A DNA stretch of 64,000 nucleotides, taken from the NCBI GenBank assembly GCA_965603825.1, contig CBFDEM010000020.1, forward strand, positions 62,001-126,000, read 5' to 3'. The translations under genes were made by a program, and so were the position numbers. The notes beneath the pieces were generated by a model. The model searched no databases, was not told where the DNA came from, and worked only from the letters and a program-made list of their open reading frames with translations. Of the stretch, positions 59,915-64,000 are shown piece by piece. The stretch is from Blepharisma stoltei ATCC 30299 (Eukaryota; Protista; Ciliophora). How positions within the stretch are numbered: position 1 is the stretch's first letter; each line of letters begins with the position of its first letter.

Positions 59915-60286
59915 ATGTCCCATGATCGCATCGAGGTCAAAGAATACATTCAGTCTATCCCCTTTGAAGAGCGACTACAAAGATCTACCCAAATGCGAAT
60001 AGACAACCAAGGGAAAATTCCAGCAATTTTAATCAAGGCAAAATCATGCACATATAAACTGCCTGTACAGAAATTTTCAATTGACGGTTCAATGACAATG
60101 GGAAGTTTGCTATTTGCGCTGAGAAAATATATATGATTGAAACCTACAGAAGGCTTATATGTTTATATAAAAGATACACTTCCTATGCTTAATTCGAGAT
60201 TGGCTGATTTATATGAGCGATATAAAGAAGAAGACGGGTTTTTATATTTAGTGTGTGCTCATCAAGAAGATAAAGGCTTTATATAA
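59915..60286 (+). CDS. ATG8: ATG8/GABARAP-family ubiquitin-like protein (divergent), 123 aa
   Basis: FEER..KIPAIL..KF..MTMG..LRKYIW(TGA)L..LY..YKEEDGFLYL..QEDKG-FI*, retaining the C-terminal Gly. Confidence 0.88.
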
Positions 60287-60390
60287 TGGTACTAACGTAA
60301 TAGAAGATTTATAGATTTGTAAATGTCAGGGAAATTTTGTATTAAATTAACTGTTTTTGTATAAAATAATTATTATTTAGATATTTTCTT

Positions 60391-61167
60391 TTAAACTTGA
60401 GTGCCTAAAAGTGAATGGCTTGGCGTTTTCACTGAAATCCTAATTTTTGTGACTTGGAATGACTTAGAATAAAGATAAGGCAGATAAACACTCATAGATA
60501 CAGTAATATATTCAAATACAGCTTCAATGCTTTCTAAACTTGTATCACTACTATAATACCATGTATAAATGCTTATCAAGAGCACACACAGATTTAAAAA
60601 TAAATATATCAAAAGCTTTTTCCAAAATCTTGACTGTTTAAAAGAATAAGTCTGAAGTTTATACATGCACCCAAATGAGAGGAAAATCCATATTATTCCT
60701 AGAGAAATCATCCCTATTACAATAAGAAGATGAACTTTTTCCATATAAACGTAAAATGACGATGCAACCTCATCAATAATAAACGTAAAAGGAACCGCAA
60801 AACTGATAAGAATTCCTATAAGCATCATTATTATCGAATCCACTTTGCTCAAAGTTGCATCATAATTTGTAAAAGCCGCCGAAAAGAACAGTAAAAGTAT
60901 CGGCGTAAATGCTGAAAAAGTCATCACAAGGACCCTGTCATATCCTCTAAAAAATCCTATATAGCTTAATGTAGGCAAAAAAGTTCAGCAATTAAATGAC
61001 CAATAGCAGCTAGAAATCACCACGCAGGAAATAATTATGTGTATCAAGATTGCAGACAGTAAAAACAGCTTTTGAGAGTAGATTTTTAAGTAAATATTTG
61101 ACGTAGAAGTGTCAAGCTTTGCTATTGGCCAGACTCTTGAAACAATTGCAGAGACACTTATAGCCAT
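60391..61167 (-). CDS. Multi-pass membrane protein of unknown function, 258 aa
   Basis: Two fragments joined by TGA; six to seven hydrophobic segments. Confidence 0.72.
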
Positions 61168-61215
61168 TTTGCTTTTTATAAGAAATTTCACTATAAATTT
61201 TCCAATTATTTATTA

Positions 61216-63999
61216 TTAATAGCCTCCATACCTTGAAAATTGCCCACCACCTCGTCCTCCAAATAATGCAGCTATATAAACCCAAACTGAAGAAATAAAG
61301 CAAGGATACTCAAAAACCCTTACGCATAGGACAAATTCGCAGTCATCATCAGCAATATTATATAAGTCAGTATTTAACACTTCTTCCCATATAGAGTCTA
61401 TATCAGTTAATGGCAAATTAATAGGGAATCCATATGCATATGTGGAGTCTCCTAATAAATTTACGACTTTGTCTTGGATTTCTGCAAGTTTATTAATAGA
61501 AGCCTCGCTTGAAAAATTATACAAAGATGACTGCTGGGCGCCATCTCTAAAGTCAGACTTATAGGCTTCAAAAAGTCATAAAATTTCATACAGCCTTTGG
61601 GCAACATCTCTATTTCAGCTTGTCCTTAAGGGCCGCCTATATCTCCCTGAAGCTCTGGCATCTTGGAATTTTGTTCTTATTATGTCTTCTATTTCTACTT
61701 GAATATCCTGGACAAACCGCTGAGGGGTGATTTCATAGCTTATAGGCTCTTGTATGGTAGAAACCACATTATTTGGGAAATAATACGTCCTTTTAGTCCC
61801 ATTTCCAAGAAAAGCAAGCCAGGTCTTCGGGTTATCTACATCATAGTCAATAGAATAAGGGTCTGAAGTAGGCTGTATATTGATATACACATCATTTTCA
61901 TCTACAAGGCAGCCTACAGACTTAAGTCCAATAATATTTTCTACATCTTGAGACATTGTCCTAGTCCCTCTTGTTATGTTCCAGCACAAAAATCTTGACG
62001 CATATCCTTCTTGTTTTAAAGAAAATCCAATCCCAGTTGAGCTGCACCATAATTCGACGTCATGAGTATTTATGTCCCGTCTCAGCACATAAACAGTCTT
62101 TCCTTCAGGGACTCCTCGTCCTATAACAATATAAGTTTTTATGCTCGGGTTGTCTTTATCAATCCATTTAAAATAATTGCATAGCAAAATGGCATGTTCT
62201 TCATAATCTCCAAACCCAAGATCAAGGAATTCTTGGCAAGTACTCCACAGGTCAGGCAAATCTTTAAAAGCTTTATTATCTTCTATATGTGGGATTAATG
62301 ACACAAACCTGACCACTTTTGCAATAGGATCTGGGTCATTTGGAGAAAGCAGCCCAGGTGGCGGCTGCAGTGGTGTTATAAATCTCGGCAAAAACACGCT
62401 TTGATTTTTAGTATTTTCAGCCCAAAGGACAATATTTCTATTTTTCAATAATTGTTTGTTTTTTTGGTGTATCATTCATTGGAATCCATGGAACAAGAAT
62501 TTAGGGTTTTCAAAGCCAGGGTAATAATCAGCCTCACTTTCAGTCGGAAGTTCAAGGACTGGGTCAAGTGTCACCTTTAGCATGATATAGGTTGGTAATC
62601 CAGGGTTTAAAAAGGGAGGAGGGTGTTCAATTCCTTGGTGGTGGAATGGGATAAATGGGTTTTCTTTAGAGGTGTGGTAGCCGAATAGGCATAATGGACG
62701 GTCCACACGGAATGAAGCTTCAATGCCTGAAGGGTTTTGGAAGACTGTTAGAAGTGGCAGTGCGAAGCTTCCTAAATATCTTCTTTCAAGTCTAAGGTTG
62801 ACTTCTCCTTTATCCATGATCACTTGTTTTATGTTAAGTAGCTGGTCGTAAAGGTTGAAGTATAGGACACTGTCACAGTCCATTAATTCTTCTTTAGAAA
62901 ATCTGACTTTGTCTAAGGACTGAAAAGTCAGTTCTAGCAGTTCGTTTCATTCAGGATTTGTCCCATCAAATGGCGCTGTCCTTACAATGGTGGATTCTCC
63001 TTGGTGAAATAGCCTGACTTCTACAAAGCTTTGGACTCTTTCAATTGCTTCGTACCCTTGTCCTTGCCTTGGAGGGATATAAGGACCAGCATCATATTGA
63101 GGTGGCGGAGGACCATTATAGCCAGGTGATGGAGGTCTACCATATCCTCCAGGTGGTGACGGAGGCCTCCCATAGCCTCCAGGAGATGGAGGTCTCCCAT
63201 ACTGCGACTGATAAGGATCAAATCCTGAGCTTCTACCTCCTGGCGGGTACATAGAATTTCTCGGCGACATTCTATTAGGAGAGGGCGGATACCCTGAATT
63301 ATACCCTTGATTCTGATAGCTTGACCCTGTCCTATACTGTGGAAACTGAGACATATAAGTATTGTTCGGCGGCAAAGGTTCACCCATTGCTGACTTATAA
63401 GCAGGTGGAATTGGCTGATAAAACCTTTCTACCTGTGCATACCTCTTAGACCAAGCTTCATCTCTTACAGGGATATTCACCCCTTTATAAATAATTATAT
63501 TTATTTTGCACATCCCTACCGATGCTCCTGAAACAGTCTGTACTGCATTTCTTCTTGGCAGTAGTTTTCTCCTCGGTGTAAACAGCAGTTTCCAGCACTG
63601 TCCAAATGGATTTATTTCAATAAATACAAACTCTCTTACAATAGAAGGCAAAGAATGCAAATTTTTTTGTATCCCAAGCTTGACTTGGTTTTGTTTTTCC
63701 ATAAAATATTCCATAAGCTCTATAATTCTCCTTTTAGTAGGCGGGTCTTGGGAGTATCTAAGCTTATATTGTTGTAAGAAAAAATAAGTCATGCGGTTGT
63801 AGTCGTCTTTGATGTCTTTTAAAGAGTTTAGAAATCTCATGAAGACTTCAGTGTTTCTTATATCTCGCTCTAGTAATGGGATTGGGTAGCCACATAATTC
63901 GACGTTTCTGTATCGCTCTTTCATGAAAATTTCACGTAAAGCAGAAAACCTGTGATGGGGGAATAGAGAATCAAGTCTAAGCATTTCTTGGATAGCTCT
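61216..63999 (-). CDS. CC2D2A: CC2D2A/MKS6-like ciliary transition-zone protein, 5' partial
   Basis: LLPRR..C2 domain (NIPVR, FVEVR, GTNPEW[TGA]NE, LYFNLYD, RYLGSFALP), transglutaminase-like FVSLIP..WSTCQEFL..GDYEEHAILLCNYF, and terminal SVWVYIAAL. Confidence 0.88.
63121..63201 (-). repeat. Coding tandem repeat, 3 x (G)YGRPPSP(P)G
   Basis: Peptide repeat with diverged synonymous codons inside a P/G/Y-rich insert of the C2 domain. Confidence 0.8.
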
Positions 64000-64000
64000 G

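Noticed and set aside
1-64000. Transposons, retained IESs, telomeric repeats, CRISPR arrays or bacterial origin of the window
   Set aside because: I saw no transposase, terminal inverted repeats, telomere tracts or spaced repeats. Gene content and introns are eukaryotic.

Overview
AT-rich, very gene-dense eukaryotic DNA that reads as ciliate macronuclear sequence, most likely the heterotrich Blepharisma (inferred, not searched). Two features support this. First, in-frame TGA repeatedly falls on invariant Trp residues while TAA and TAG end genes. Second, there are tiny GT..AG introns (five of 15 nt, one probable 17 nt), each with an A six bases from the 3' end. The supplied ORF track treats TGA as stop and so fragments most genes. 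Re-read with UGA=Trp, the window holds about 37 protein genes: ATR, chorismate synthase, SWR1, ADA2, a mitotic cyclin, a CNBD channel, VPS13, a DnaJ protein, coproporphyrinogen oxidase, phosphonopyruvate decarboxylase, RPL15, SKP1, a Kelch-RING protein, an ATG8-like protein, a CC2D2A-like protein and several unknowns. It also holds one tRNA-Thr(AGT) and a decayed O-methyltransferase pseudogene. I see no convincing multi-gene novel system, mobile element or CRISPR array. The most notable observations are several apparent pseudoenzymes (PI4K, CDPK-like kinase, Nudix, rhodanese), a perfect plant-type MSA/MYB element just upstream of the mitotic cyclin, two micro-ORFs missing from the ORF track, a putatively mitochondrial phosphonate enzyme, and extremely short intergenic gaps. 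All family assignments come from recognising motifs by eye; no database search was run.
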